Shown: positions 1-11,243, numbered from the stretch's first letter. The stretch is 64,000 nt of DNA from an uncultured Planctomycetota bacterium (GCA_963823665.1 CAWGMQ010000011.1:96001-160000); one strand, 5' to 3'. A program made the numbers and translations. The notes: generated from the sequence alone by a model not told the origin.

Positions 1-1235
1 AGGCCAGCAACATGGCGGCTGCAAGATAGCGCAGCGCGTGAAGGCTGCCCAGGAGCTTGGCCACCGAGATCTCTGCGGGTTTGAGCGGGCTCATCAAGAG
101 CGCGTCCCACGTGCCGCGCTCGCGCTCGGAGGCGATCGAGACCGCCGCTCGCAGGCCGATGCCTAACTGCAAGAGCCAGCAGAAGAGCGTTCCCGTGAAA
201 CCGCCGAGGACCATCGACAGCGTGTCCGACGCCAGCGAGACCAGGTCGGAATCGGGCGCGAAGTAGCCTCCGTATACGATCATCCCGGCGAGGACCAAGC
301 TGCCGCCGCCGATCACAAAGGTCAGGATTGCGCCCACCCAGCGGCCGAACCGGCCGAGGCTGGCGACCCGTTCGATAAAGAGTTCTTTCCAGAGCATCGG
401 CCGCTCGCCTAGCGGCGGCGCTTTCCTGCGATGAGCGGCTTTTGCGCACGACCCCGACCGACAGGCAACTCGGACGAAGCCGCCAGACCGCGAGCGCAGT
501 GCCAAGTAGCCCCATGCCCGCCCAGCAGCCCGCGGTCTGGAGTGCTCGAATGGTGTCCCCTGCCCGGAGCAGACGGACCATGCTCGAATAGGGATTGAAC
601 CATTCGAGCACCTCGACGGCCCCTCGCGGCAGGCCGAGCCAGCCCAGGAGCGGGCTCACCATGAGCAAAACCATCAATATATATACTGTCATTTGTGCAT
701 CGCGGCCGCGGCGCGAGACCACGGATGCCCCCACTGCCAGGCCTCCAGCGCCCAATGCTACCCCGGCCAGGAGCACGATGAGCGCGGAGAGATGTCCGAG
801 GCCCAGGCCCGCCAGGGGCGCGAGGAACGCCACGACCGGCACGCCGGCCAGGACGACCATGCCGACTTGCGAAAGCTTGCCGAGCAAGCGGCCCTCGACG
901 ATCTCACGCGGGCTCGAGGCGGTGGTCAAGAGGAGCTGGAGGATGCCGCGCTCGCGTTCACCGGCCAGCGAGCCGGCAAGGAGCGCAGGAGCTTGCACGG
1001 CGGTGATCGTCAAGAGAGCGAGGACCGCACCGTACAGAGAGAAACCGAGCTCGAACCCGGGGGTAAAAGTGGCGTCGTATTTCGCGGATAGCCACCAGGC
1101 CCAGGTTACAAGGAAGAGCGCCAGCGCCAGCAGGGTGCCGACCAAAGCCCGAAACAATAACAGCCACCCACGCGCCAGCCCCCGGCGGCACTCGATGCCG
1201 GCCAGATTGCCGAACACGACTCTTGCGAGGTTCAA
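1..1235 (-). CDS. ABC-2 type transporter permease, duplicated membrane domain (runs off left edge)
   Basis: Manual translation from TTG at 1235, overlapping the upstream stop: MNLARVVFGNLAGIECRR... has two permease motifs (SLAGERERGILQLLLTT; SIASERERGTWDALLMSPL) and many hydrophobic helices. It is absent from the ORF track because there is no stop before the edge. Confidence 0.75.
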   Translation of the reverse strand, partial: MNLARVVFGNLAGIECRRGLARGWLLLFRALVGTLLALALFLVTWAWWLSAKYDATFTPGFELGFSLYGAVLALLTITAVQAPALLAGSLAGERERGILQLLLTTASSPREIVEGRLLGKLSQVGMVVLAGVPVVAFLAPLAGLGLGHLSALIVLLAGVALGAGGLAVGASVVSRRGRDAQMTVYILMVLLMVSPLLGWLGLPRGAVEVLEWFNPYSSMVRLLRAGDTIRALQTAGCWAGMGLLGTALAVWRLRPSCLSVGVVRKSRSSQESAAARRAADALERTLYRTGRQPRPVRPLGGRNPDLCDRRRQLGPRRDDRIRRLLRARFRPGLAGVGHAVDGPRRFHGNALLLALAVRHRPASGGLDRLRARARHVGRALDEPAQTRRDLGGQAPGQPSRAALSCSRHVAG

Positions 1236-2053
1236 ACTGTTGTTTCGCACTGCGGACTGGGCTCCGATAGCTCGAGTTGGGGTTTCTGCTTCAGGCATGC
1301 GGCACGCGCAGCGGGCCGGGTCAAATTCCACCACATCATCGCCGGATAGACACACGCCACGATTGCCGAGAAGATCATGAAGACCACGCCGAACATGAAC
1401 ATCCAGCGCATGATCAATACCAGGGAGAACGGAACAGCGCCTCCGCCGGCGGCCTTCATCTGGGCTTCCAGGGCGGTCAACGCCGGCTGGGTCTTTGCCA
1501 TCATCATGGGCACGATCACGACCATGGCCCCGACGACCATCGCGAACCAGCGCAGGATCTTGAGCTGGGCGACCCGGATTGCGAGCCGCCGGGCCCATTC
1601 CCTGAGCCCCATGAGCCCGGCGCCGGCGACGATCATGAGCACGTTCAGGATGACGGCCGTCGATACGTCGAGGATGTAGAAAACCGCGAGCCGGGGCTCG
1701 GTATAGGCGTTCATGTCCTGCAATTCTTCTAATGGGGTAAGGTCCGGCACGACCCTGGATTCAAGGGCAGCGCGTTCGTCCGCCAGCGTTTTCTTCTCTG
1801 CCTCGGTCTGGGCGGCCGCTTCCCGGGCCTTGAGCTCGGCAATCTTGGCGGCGCGGCCGGCCTTCTGCTGCGCCTCAATCTGCCTCATCGGCGCCGAGAA
1901 GAACTGGTTGACCGCCGGCGCGTAGGCATACATGAGCCCGTATCCGGCTGCCGTCAGCAGTAGGAGGATCCCGAACGTGATGTTCATCAACCCGAATGAG
2001 CGGGGCATCTGAGGGTTGGGTACGACCCACCTTCCCGCTTGCTCTTTCACCAT
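1232..2053 (-). CDS. Hypothetical membrane protein (about 4 TM helices plus a coiled segment)
   Basis: 273-aa ORF, GAGGAG upstream of the start, hydrophobic segments, translationally coupled to the permease. Confidence 0.7.
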   Translation of the reverse strand: MVKEQAGRWVVPNPQMPRSFGLMNITFGILLLLTAAGYGLMYAYAPAVNQFFSAPMRQIEAQQKAGRAAKIAELKAREAAAQTEAEKKTLADERAALESRVVPDLTPLEELQDMNAYTEPRLAVFYILDVSTAVILNVLMIVAGAGLMGLREWARRLAIRVAQLKILRWFAMVVGAMVVIVPMMMAKTQPALTALEAQMKAAGGGAVPFSLVLIMRWMFMFGVVFMIFSAIVACVYPAMMWWNLTRPAARAACLKQKPQLELSEPSPQCETTV

Positions 2054-2353
2054 GGACCACGGCTCCTCTAGTCCGGCAGGCCATGCCGCCGTTTTGGCAT
2101 TGATACGGCAGCACTGTCTGGAACGGCCAGTTTCGGATTCTTCTCCAGACGATCATCGAGCCAAGGAATCTTCGCCCCCGGCCAACGGTTATTGGCTCGC
2201 TCGCGGCGATGGAAGTCTTCGCCCTGCCCGCCGGCCGCGCGGACGACGGCTGCGAACATACATTATCCAATGCGCGACCCGGAGTTGCAATTTCTCCGAC
2301 TTGAACGCGTGGAGTCACGCAGCGATAATGGATGTTTGAACACACATGTCGAG

Positions 2354-5300
2354 ATGGTGCTCGATCATTCGCTTTTCAATACAGGCGCAATCCGATTGAA
2401 TGACGCTGACCGCCAAATCCTCTTCGGGCTGGTGGCGATCCGCCTGAAGCTGGTCACGCTTGCGCAGGTTTCGCGCGCGCTGGCGGACTGGACGGCCAGT
2501 GGCGAGCTTTCGCTTGCGCGCTTGCTGATCGAGCGACGCCAGCTCGATGAGGCCAGCGGCGCGCTCGTCGAATCGGCCGTCGAGCATCATGTGACGATGG
2601 CCGGTGGTGATGCGGCGTCGAGCCTGGAGTCGTTTTCGGGCAGCGACGACCTCGAGGCGCTGCGGCACGTACTCGAGCGCACGATCAAGCCGGGCCCAGC
2701 CCTGGAGAAAACGGTTGCGCGAGGCGGAGTGGCGCCGGTCTCTGCCCAGCCGGCGGGAAACGGACGGTCCAGGCCGCGAGAAGCGACCCACATAGATGTC
2801 GGTGCTCCCGATCAATCTCACGGCACGCTCATTTACGACGGCGTTTCCGGAGCCGGGGTGACGTTCGAGGTTCTCCGGCCGCTGGCGCGGGGCGGCCTGG
2901 GCGAGGTCTTCGTGGCCAAGGACGGCAGGCTCAACCGCGAAGTCGCCTTGAAGCTGATCGAGGAATCGCAGGCCGCCGACCCGCAGAGCCGGGCGCGATT
3001 CTTGCTCGAGGCCGAGATCACCGGGGGGCTCGAGCATCCCGGCATCGTGCCGGTGTATGCGCTGGGAGAAAACAGCGACGGCCGGCTCTTCTACGCCATG
3101 CGGCTGGTTCACGGTGAAACGCTCAAGGAGCGGATACGCCGGTTTCATCACGCGGGCTCGATCGGACGCCAGCCGGTTGCATTTCGGCAGTTGCTCAACC
3201 ATTTCGTGCGTATCTGCGACATCGTGGCCTACGCGCACAGCCGGGGCGTGCTGCATCGAGACTTGAAGCCTTCGAATGTGATGCTGGGGAAATTCGGCGA
3301 AACGCTGGTGGTGGACTGGGGCCTGGCCAAGCCGATCGATCCATCGGGAGAAAGCCAGCCGGACATGCTCGATGAAGTGAAGCTGCGGCCGATCTCCGGC
3401 AGCAGCGTGAAGGGAACAATGCACGGCGCGACCCTGGGGACACCCCAGTACATGAGCCCCGAACAGGCGCTCGGGCAGCTCGATCGGGTTGGCCGCGTGA
3501 GTGACGTTTACAGCCTGGGTGCGACCCTCTATTGCATCCTGACCGGGTTGCCTCCTCTGGGCGAAATCAACGATGTGGGCGCAGTGCTCTCCCGGGTGGC
3601 GCTCGGGGATATTGCCCCGCCACAGAGCCTGAAAGCCGACGTTCCGGCCACACTGGACGCGATCTGCCGCAAGGCGATGGCAGTACGGCCCGACGATCGG
3701 TATGCGTCGGTGCGCGCGCTCGAGGCCGACATCGAAAGCTGGCTCGCGGACGAGCCGGTCCAGGGAGTGATTGAGCCGCTGGGCCGCCGGCTCACAACGT
3801 GGGAGCGTAAGCACCGGACGTTTCTGCGCGTGAGCGCCCTGGCGCTCTTCGCCGTGGCATTCGTCTCGGTGCTGGCGGCGGTTTTTGTCAACGCCGCTCG
3901 CGAGCGGGCTGAAGAGGGGCGGCTCCATGCGGATCGATTGAGCCGGATTGCGGAGGCCCGCAAGCAGGAGGCCGATCGCCAGCGTGACGCCTTGCGGCAA
4001 CTCTCCACGCACCTGACGCTCGACCGGGGCCTTGGCCTGCTCGCGAGCAACGATCGCCGTGCCGGGCTCCTCTGGCTGGCCCGCAGTCTCGAGAGCGCAC
4101 AGGACCAGCACGACCCATTCGAGCCGGCGATTCGCGGTAACCTGGCCGCCTGGAGCCCGCTCGTCCACCGCCTCAGGGATTGCCTGGAGCACGAGGCGCC
4201 GCTCCGCGTCATCGCCTGGAGCCCGACCGGTCGAGCCATCGCCACGGGCGGTGGCGACGGGAGTGTACGGCTCTGGGATCCGACCGCGCGCTCGATGGAG
4301 TCGTCGTCGATCAAGCTCAAGCACGGCGGCCCGGTGCGAGCCGTGGCTTTCACGCGCGACGGCAAGACGCTGGCAACGGGCTCCGACGACCAGACCGCAC
4401 GGTTGTGGAACGCGGCGTCGGGCTTGCCGCGGGGAGAGCCGATGCGGCACCGAGGGCCGGTGGTTTCCGTCGCGTTCAGCTCGGATGAGAGCCGGCTTCT
4501 CACTGGAAGCGGAGACGGTTTGCTCCGGCTCTGGGACGCGGCAACCGGTGAGCCGCGCGGCAAGCCGTTCGAGCACGGCAAGCCGCTTGAGATCGTGACG
4601 ATTTCTCTCGATGGCAAGGCGATCGCGAGCCTGGACGAGACGGGCGGACTGATCCTCTGGGATGCGCTCACGGGCCAGGCGCGAGCGAGGCGTGAGGATC
4701 ACCCGGGCGAAATCGAAGTCGTCGCTTTCAGTCCCGACTCGTCGAAGCTGGCCTGCGGAGGGCGGGAAGGCCAGTTGTTTCTTCTGAGCGCCTCGGACGG
4801 TAGCGAGCTCTCCCGCTCGTCGAAAGGAGTGCCGGGCGAGCGGGTGCAGGCCATTGCGTTTGCCCACGACGGAACCAGAATTGCGACCGGCAACTACGAC
4901 ACGACGTGCTCGATCGCAAGCGTGCCGGAGCTCCGGCCGCTGGGCCCGAAAATGGAGCATCGGGGGCACGTCTGGGCTGTTGCGTTCAGCCCCGACGACT
5001 CGCTGCTGGCTGCCGCTGCGGACGACAATACGGCGCAGTTGTGGAACGTTCAGACGTTCGAGCGCGCCGGCGACGCGCTGCCCCACCAAAAACCGGTGCA
5101 TGCCGTCGAGTTCAGTCCGGACGGCCGTATGCTCGTCTCCGGCTGCGAAGACGGCATCGCCCGGGTCTGGCAACTGGGGCTCGACAGTGGAATCGGCCAG
5201 CCCATGAGGCATGGCGAAGGCGTGCGGAACATCGCGGCGCGGCCCGACGGCAAGGCCATCGCCACGGTGACCGGCGCTGGCGACGTCTGGCTGTGGGACG

Positions 5301-6349
5301 CCACTTCGACGCGCTCGATCGCGCATGCGCGGGGCCATCGTGCCGGCACGCGTTTCGAGCTTTTGTTCAATCCGGCCGGAACGATCCTCGTCACCGCGGG
5401 TGACGATGCGACGATAGGGCGCTGGAACGGAGCGACTCTCGAGCCGACCGGGCCTGTCATCAACATGACCGCGTGGGTTCGATGCGTGGCGATCAGCCCG
5501 GATGGCGGCTCGCTTGCCGCGGGCGACCAGGCGGGCAAGCTGGGATTCTGGGACATGCGCACCGGGCAGGCGCTCGCGCCCCTGGCGGCGCTTCACCAGA
5601 GCGTGACGGCCATGGCTTACAATCCGGATGGCACGCGACTGGCGGTCGGGGACGCCGGAGGCGAGGTACAGATCTGGGACACCACGCGGTTTCGACCGAT
5701 CGGCGAGCCGATGCGTCATCAGGGCGCGATTCGCCACATCGGGTTCAGCCCGGATGGATCGCGGCTGGCCACCGCCAGCTACGACAAGACCGGGCGGTTG
5801 TGGGACGCGGTCACCGGCGCACCGATCGGTTCCGTGCTCGCGCATCGCGCTTATGTCTGGTGCGTGCGATTCAGTCACGACGGCGAACGCGTCGTGACGG
5901 CCAGCTTCGACGGCACGGCCCAGATCTGGAATGGACGCACCGGGGCAGCGATGGGCGAGCCGCTTCATCACGGCGAGCTCGTCTACGACGCCGTCTGGAA
6001 CGACGATTCGTCGCGCGTGCTCACGTTTGGGAGATCGGAGTCGGCCCGGTTGTGGGATGCGGCCAGCTCCCGTGTGGTGGGCGAGCCGCTATCGCACGCG
6101 GGGCGGATTGATGGCGCCCTCTTCCTGCCCGGTAGACCAGTCATCGCCACGTGCTCGCGCGATGGGACCGCCAGGCTATGGTCGGTGCCCGCCATCAGCA
6201 CGACGCCCGCCGAGCAACTGGCCCTGGAAGCGACCGTGATCACCGGAATGGAGCTTCGTGCCGACAATCTGCCGCGGCTGCTCGACGTCTCGACCTGGCG
6301 ATCGCGGCGCACCGCGCTCGAAGAGCTGCGAGCGAGCGAGGGGCGCTGA
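2354..6349 (+). CDS. Hanks-type Ser/Thr protein kinase with TM helix and WD40 beta-propellers
   Basis: ARGGLGEV, VALK, HRDLKPSN, DWGLAK, GTPQYMSPEQ, DVYSLG motifs; more than 12 WD40 repeats; start uncertain (ORF opens at 2192). Confidence 0.92.
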   Translation: MVLDHSLFNTGAIRLNDADRQILFGLVAIRLKLVTLAQVSRALADWTASGELSLARLLIERRQLDEASGALVESAVEHHVTMAGGDAASSLESFSGSDDLEALRHVLERTIKPGPALEKTVARGGVAPVSAQPAGNGRSRPREATHIDVGAPDQSHGTLIYDGVSGAGVTFEVLRPLARGGLGEVFVAKDGRLNREVALKLIEESQAADPQSRARFLLEAEITGGLEHPGIVPVYALGENSDGRLFYAMRLVHGETLKERIRRFHHAGSIGRQPVAFRQLLNHFVRICDIVAYAHSRGVLHRDLKPSNVMLGKFGETLVVDWGLAKPIDPSGESQPDMLDEVKLRPISGSSVKGTMHGATLGTPQYMSPEQALGQLDRVGRVSDVYSLGATLYCILTGLPPLGEINDVGAVLSRVALGDIAPPQSLKADVPATLDAICRKAMAVRPDDRYASVRALEADIESWLADEPVQGVIEPLGRRLTTWERKHRTFLRVSALALFAVAFVSVLAAVFVNAARERAEEGRLHADRLSRIAEARKQEADRQRDALRQLSTHLTLDRGLGLLASNDRRAGLLWLARSLESAQDQHDPFEPAIRGNLAAWSPLVHRLRDCLEHEAPLRVIAWSPTGRAIATGGGDGSVRLWDPTARSMESSSIKLKHGGPVRAVAFTRDGKTLATGSDDQTARLWNAASGLPRGEPMRHRGPVVSVAFSSDESRLLTGSGDGLLRLWDAATGEPRGKPFEHGKPLEIVTISLDGKAIASLDETGGLILWDALTGQARARREDHPGEIEVVAFSPDSSKLACGGREGQLFLLSASDGSELSRSSKGVPGERVQAIAFAHDGTRIATGNYDTTCSIASVPELRPLGPKMEHRGHVWAVAFSPDDSLLAAAADDNTAQLWNVQTFERAGDALPHQKPVHAVEFSPDGRMLVSGCEDGIARVWQLGLDSGIGQPMRHGEGVRNIAARPDGKAIATVTGAGDVWLWDATSTRSIAHARGHRAGTRFELLFNPAGTILVTAGDDATIGRWNGATLEPTGPVINMTAWVRCVAISPDGGSLAAGDQAGKLGFWDMRTGQALAPLAALHQSVTAMAYNPDGTRLAVGDAGGEVQIWDTTRFRPIGEPMRHQGAIRHIGFSPDGSRLATASYDKTGRLWDAVTGAPIGSVLAHRAYVWCVRFSHDGERVVTASFDGTAQIWNGRTGAAMGEPLHHGELVYDAVWNDDSSRVLTFGRSESARLWDAASSRVVGEPLSHAGRIDGALFLPGRPVIATCSRDGTARLWSVPAISTTPAEQLALEATVITGMELRADNLPRLLDVSTWRSRRTALEELRASEGR

Positions 6350-6400
6350 GTAGTCCCGACCGTGATCGAACGGGAAAATCGTCTCGGATATCCAAAAAAA

Positions 6401-6430
6401 GTGTATAAGCGGCTTGTTCCCGCGACACTA
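6401..6430 (+). promoter_or_regulatory. Possible autoregulatory ECF promoter (GTGTAT...GACACT)
   Basis: AT-rich patch just upstream of the ECF gene; assignment is inference only. Confidence 0.25.
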
Positions 6431-6460
6431 AGAGGCATGCGATGGGATGAGGAACAAGGA

Positions 6461-8932
6461 ATGGCTGATCTTGCCCCCGCCACAATGGCCCCGTCGCTCG
6501 ACGTGCTCTTTCGCGAAGGTGCTCTGGGCAGCCTTAGCGATGGGCAACTTCTCGAGCGGTTTATGGTGTCGGGTTCCGCGGCCGGGAGTGTATTCGACGT
6601 TCTTGTCGCACGACACGGGCCGATGGTGCTTGGCGTGTGCCGGCGGATCTTGCGCGACGCCCACGCGGCGGAGGACGCGTTCCAGGTCACGTTCCTGGTT
6701 CTGGCGCGGCGGGCCGGCGCGATCCGGCAGCGCGAATCGCTGGGTCCGTGGCTCCACGGTGTGGCGAGGCGCGCCGCCTTGCGAGCCAGGGCAGCGGCCA
6801 GTCTGCGGCGCGAGCGCGAAGCCCGCGCCGCGATTCTCCACGACACGGTAGAGTGCGAGTGCGACCACGATGACCCAGGCGCCGCGCTCCACGCCGAAAT
6901 CGAGCGTCTGCCTGAGAAATACCGAGCGCCGATCGTACTGTGCTACATTCAGGGTCGAACGATTGGTGAGGCCTCGCGCGAGCTCGGCTGGCCGGTCGGC
7001 ACCGTCGGCGGCCGCCTGGCCCGTGCCCGTGATCGGCTGCGCGCGAGTCTCCAGAGGCAGGGGCTGTGCGCGCCGGTCGTCTTGAGCACAGTACTTTCGC
7101 CTGATCCCGGCCTGGCGCCGGCTGTTTCTCAGTCCCTGGCGCGCGCAACCCGCGATGCCGCGCTCGAGCTTGCCGCAAAACGAGGCACAACGACCGCACT
7201 ATACGCGGCGGCGGCAGGTCTGGTGGAGGAAACCATGCGAAGGGCCCTCGTTACGCGGCTCGTGATCGCCGCGCTCGGTTCTGGATTGGCCGGAGCCGTC
7301 GTGGTCGGGGCTTCCTTTCTGGGCGTGATTGCCGGCTCACCCGAGCTCTCGCAGTCGCGCGATCCGCGAGGGCCCGCGAAAACGCCGCCAGCGCCGGCTC
7401 GGCCGCGGCAATCTTCGCTCGTCGAGACGCTCAAGGATGCATCAAGCCTCGCCGACGGCGTGACGGACCCGGAAGAAAGCCTGAACGCGCACATGGCGCT
7501 GGCCTGGGCTCAGATCAAGAGCGGCGACCACCCAGGCGCGCGGGCGACGCTGGATCGTGCGGAGAAGATAACGACCGCGCTCGCCGCCGACGCGCGTTGT
7601 ATCGCGCGAGTTCGCATCGCCCACGCCCTCGGCGAATGTGGCGGCAAAGCTCGCGGGCTTGCGCTGCTTGCACAAACACGGGTCGAAGCCGAGGGCGTCG
7701 AAGCGCCGGGCCGGCCCTGGCCATTGAAATCAATCGCTCTCGCGCAATGCGACCTTGGCGACCGCGACGCCGCTCGAGCGACCATTCGGGCGCTCGACCT
7801 GGCGCTCTTGAGCGCCGAAGAACGGCGACGGGGAATCTGGAAATCCACACTTTCCACGCTCGCGGAAGCGCAGCTTTCCGTCGGAGACGTCGAAGCTGCG
7901 TTCAAGACATGCATGCCCAGTGTCGCCGGCGAAGGCGACAAAGCAGACGAATCGGGCAGGCTCCAGCAACAAGCGTGGATGTTGACGGAGCTCGCGTATC
8001 AGGCCGCTGACGGCAACCACAACAGGCGATCCGGTCTCGATCCGCCCAGAGTGCTGACCGCGGAGGAGCGGGCGAGCTGCCTGGCGGTTGTGCGCCGTGT
8101 CGTGGCCACTGTGGAATCGTTGCCTGAGCCAGATAGCCACCGCGCGTCACTGGTCGCCGCACTGGGTGAGCTCGGCGCCTTCGACGAAGCGATTCAGCTC
8201 GCCCGCCGAATCGACCAGAAACAAATTCACGATCCCAATCAGATCGACGCGATCTGGGCGCTCTGGCGGGTGGGTCTCGCTCAGGCAAAAGCAGGTCTAT
8301 TTGATGCAGCGCGGGCCACCTTGCGTGAAGCGGAACGCGTTGAAGTTCCACCGAAGGCCGACGCGGCGGGTAAACGATCTCGTCTGGCTAACGGTTTTCT
8401 TGCGGCGCGTGACTACGACGAGGTCATGAAAATCGCCGAGACACTCGAGCCCGGCGGGCGGGCGTCGATCCTGTCGCAGGTGGCCCGGCGCAGAAAGCTC
8501 GCCGGCGATCGCGACGGCGCCGAACAACTCTTCCGCCGCGCGATCCTGGATGCCGGTCGCTTCCGGCACATTCCTCCAAAGACCGAGCCGGAGAAACCGG
8601 GCCCTGCGCCGGCGACCCGTCCAAAGGCTCGGGAGGAAGATGGCCCGACCGATGCGAAAGCGCAGCATGAAATTGAATTCCTGTCTCTGCTCGCACAAAT
8701 CCAGGCCCGGGCCGGCGACTGGGACGCGTCTGTGAGGACCTTTGCCTCGATGTCGCCGGAGAGCCATCGCAAGCGGCTGACGGCGCTGTGGATCTCGATC
8801 ATCCGCACTCGTTCCGGCGATGCTTCCGGCGCACTGGCCTGGGCCCGGTCGCTTTCCTCACCGTCGCTGCGCGCGTGGGCCCTCCGCGGGCTGGCGGTGG
8901 GAATTTTCGGTGGTGAATCATCCGTTGAGTAG
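6461..8932 (+). CDS. ECF sigma-70 factor with C-terminal TM helix and TPR-like extension (planctomycete ECF57-like)
   Basis: SDGQLLERF, HGPMVLGVCRRIL..AEDAFQVTFLVL (region 2); LPEKYRAPIVLC..EASRELGWPVGTV (region 4); RBS before ATG 6461. Confidence 0.9.
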   Translation: MADLAPATMAPSLDVLFREGALGSLSDGQLLERFMVSGSAAGSVFDVLVARHGPMVLGVCRRILRDAHAAEDAFQVTFLVLARRAGAIRQRESLGPWLHGVARRAALRARAAASLRREREARAAILHDTVECECDHDDPGAALHAEIERLPEKYRAPIVLCYIQGRTIGEASRELGWPVGTVGGRLARARDRLRASLQRQGLCAPVVLSTVLSPDPGLAPAVSQSLARATRDAALELAAKRGTTTALYAAAAGLVEETMRRALVTRLVIAALGSGLAGAVVVGASFLGVIAGSPELSQSRDPRGPAKTPPAPARPRQSSLVETLKDASSLADGVTDPEESLNAHMALAWAQIKSGDHPGARATLDRAEKITTALAADARCIARVRIAHALGECGGKARGLALLAQTRVEAEGVEAPGRPWPLKSIALAQCDLGDRDAARATIRALDLALLSAEERRRGIWKSTLSTLAEAQLSVGDVEAAFKTCMPSVAGEGDKADESGRLQQQAWMLTELAYQAADGNHNRRSGLDPPRVLTAEERASCLAVVRRVVATVESLPEPDSHRASLVAALGELGAFDEAIQLARRIDQKQIHDPNQIDAIWALWRVGLAQAKAGLFDAARATLREAERVEVPPKADAAGKRSRLANGFLAARDYDEVMKIAETLEPGGRASILSQVARRRKLAGDRDGAEQLFRRAILDAGRFRHIPPKTEPEKPGPAPATRPKAREEDGPTDAKAQHEIEFLSLLAQIQARAGDWDASVRTFASMSPESHRKRLTALWISIIRTRSGDASGALAWARSLSSPSLRAWALRGLAVGIFGGESSVE

Positions 8933-8989
8933 GAACGGACCGATGATGACGAGCGCGCCGGAGTTTCGACTGGCCTGTCGATGATCCGA

Positions 8990-11152
8990 TCAGCCCTTCT
9001 TGTCCTTGGGAGCCTTGCTCCGCGCGGCGAGCTCGCGCTCGACGTCGATCAAGAGCGGTGTGCCCTCGAGATTCGCGTCGCGAGCCACGGTTGAAAGGGC
9101 CGCGGGCAAGCGGGGGTCATCGAGCGCGACGAGCGCTTCCAGAGCGGCGGTGCGCACGCCCGGTGACGCGTCGGCATCGGCCAGCAGTGCGGCGAGGCGA
9201 TCGCGGATCGGTTCGGACTTGAGCTCGGGTCGAGCGAGCAGCTTGGCGGCGGCCTGTGTGGCGGCGATCACGCGCTCCTCGCTGCGCGAGCCGATTGCTT
9301 CTTGCACGACCGGCAATGCCTCGGGGGAGGCCAGGTATCCCAGGCCGACCAGAGCTGAAGGCGCGAGTGGATCGCCCGGAACGCGCGCCAGCTCGAGCAG
9401 CTTGGGCGTGATATCTGCTTGGCCCAGCCGTGCCAGTGCGCGGACGACCGCGGCGTTCCAGGCCAGGTCGTTCGAGGTTTGCCAGATGCGCCTGAGCTCG
9501 GGGACGGCGCGGGGATCGGCAACGGCGCCCAGGGCCTCGACGGCCTGGTCGCGGAGGTTGATTTGCGATAAGTGCTCGATCGCCTGGGAATATCCGTCGC
9601 GGAAGCCGTGGCGGCCGAGGAACGCGATCAACTCGAGCTTGCGGGCGAGGTCGGCTTCCTCGTCGAGATGCGGCCACAGGGCACTTGCGGCCTCATCGCT
9701 GTCGATCCGGCGCAATGCCTCGGTCGCGTAGTAGCGAATCTGCGGCTGGCGGGGGTCGAGCAGGGTCGAAACCGCCGAAACCACGCGCGGGTCGGCAACA
9801 ACGGCGCAGGCGTAAGCAAAAGCGAGCGATTCCGATATGTTGAGCGGGTGGTTCCAGGCTTTCAGGAGCTCCGGAGTCGCGAGCGGGGCGGGCAGAGTGG
9901 CGAGGAGGTAGATTTCCTGCTCGACCCCAAGGCCGGCGGCCCCCTTGGCGGCCAGCCGCGCCGTGATGAGCCGCGCGGCGCCTTGCGGATCGATCTTCAC
10001 GAGAGCACGTCCGGCGGCCTCCTGCAATTCGGGCGGCGAGTCGAGCGGCATGGTTTCGAACGCCCGGGTGACCGCGTCTTTCTGATCCGCGGGCGCGAGG
10101 CTGGCAATCGCCCGCAGGCGTGCGCCTGTTTCCAGAAGGGTCGTCGGCGTGCGTGCAGTTTTGAGCCAGGCCAGTGCGACCGGGTCTCGCCCGGCACTTT
10201 CGCCGCAGGCGCCGAGGGCGTCGATGAGCGCGACGCGCACGGCGACGTCGGGCCCGGCGGTCTCAAGAGCCGTAACGATTGCCTTGGCCACCTCGGATCG
10301 GCCGGGCCCCTGCCCTGTGCGATCGGCACTGAGCATGGCGGCGAGAGTGCGAGCGGCGACTTCTCGGGTCGAGACCATGGTGCTTTTCAGAAGAGGAAGG
10401 ATTGTCTCGGTGACCCCCGGCGCCCGGGCGGCCAGAAGCGCGCGGCGGGAGAGCGCCAGGAGCAGCGGCGAAACGGCGCGCCCCGATGCCTTCTTGACCG
10501 CATCGCGCAAGAGCTCGACGCGCGCGAGCCGGTCTCGCAGGCGGGTCATCGCAATCAAGGCGTCGACGGCCGGGAGCAGTGGGTCGTCCTTGCCTTCGAG
10601 ACGCGGAATCGACTGACCGAGCGTCGGCGCATTACAGCAATTGAAGTAGTTCTGGCCCTGGCGCCCGAGAAGAACGAGCATGAGCTGGCCGCGAGGCAAG
10701 CGCTCGGACCCACCCGCGAACCGATAAATGCCCAGATCTTGACCGGTGAGCAGCAGCGCTTCACGCGCAAAAATACCCTTCAACACGCGAACCGGCTCGA
10801 ACCGGTATTGCTCGGTGACCTGCACGTCGCGTCCCCCGTGCACGATCTTCGTCTCGGTGACGTCGACGAGCCGCACCGCCAGGATCAATTCGGCCTGAGC
10901 CACGGCGGGCTCGAGTTCGAGCACATCGGGCCGGTTGACCTGCGGAGGGGCCGGCCGCGGTATCGGAGAAACGATCTCGGTCAGCCTGCTCTTGGCCGGG
11001 ACGCGAGGCCCGACTTGTGCCTGAGCGCGCATCGGCATGCAGAGGAGCACAAAGACCGAGGCAGTCGTGGCTGCGCTTACAAGAGCGAGCTTCGCGACGA
11101 GCGGCAACGCGCTGCGATCTTTGCCTGCCATCGTGTAGGACCGGGAGCGCAT
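8990..11152 (-). CDS. Secreted HEAT-repeat protein
   Basis: Signal-like N-terminus, repeated HEAT/PBS-lyase motifs (AVEALGAVADPRAVPEL), AAAGGAG RBS. Confidence 0.8.
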   Translation of the reverse strand: MRSRSYTMAGKDRSALPLVAKLALVSAATTASVFVLLCMPMRAQAQVGPRVPAKSRLTEIVSPIPRPAPPQVNRPDVLELEPAVAQAELILAVRLVDVTETKIVHGGRDVQVTEQYRFEPVRVLKGIFAREALLLTGQDLGIYRFAGGSERLPRGQLMLVLLGRQGQNYFNCCNAPTLGQSIPRLEGKDDPLLPAVDALIAMTRLRDRLARVELLRDAVKKASGRAVSPLLLALSRRALLAARAPGVTETILPLLKSTMVSTREVAARTLAAMLSADRTGQGPGRSEVAKAIVTALETAGPDVAVRVALIDALGACGESAGRDPVALAWLKTARTPTTLLETGARLRAIASLAPADQKDAVTRAFETMPLDSPPELQEAAGRALVKIDPQGAARLITARLAAKGAAGLGVEQEIYLLATLPAPLATPELLKAWNHPLNISESLAFAYACAVVADPRVVSAVSTLLDPRQPQIRYYATEALRRIDSDEAASALWPHLDEEADLARKLELIAFLGRHGFRDGYSQAIEHLSQINLRDQAVEALGAVADPRAVPELRRIWQTSNDLAWNAAVVRALARLGQADITPKLLELARVPGDPLAPSALVGLGYLASPEALPVVQEAIGSRSEERVIAATQAAAKLLARPELKSEPIRDRLAALLADADASPGVRTAALEALVALDDPRLPAALSTVARDANLEGTPLLIDVERELAARSKAPKDKKG

Positions 11153-11243
11153 AACGGGTCACTCCTTTGATGAACCGGGGATCGAATGAGATCTCGTAAG
11201 TAGTATAGGCGTAAACCACGCTGACAGCGCGCGGGTTTCGATG

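Noticed and set aside
2315..5971. 1218-aa minus-strand ORF, and similar long antisense ORFs (9572-11170, 42852-44891, 59435-60871)
   Set aside because: Shadow frames of real genes in high-GC DNA with no recognisable motifs.
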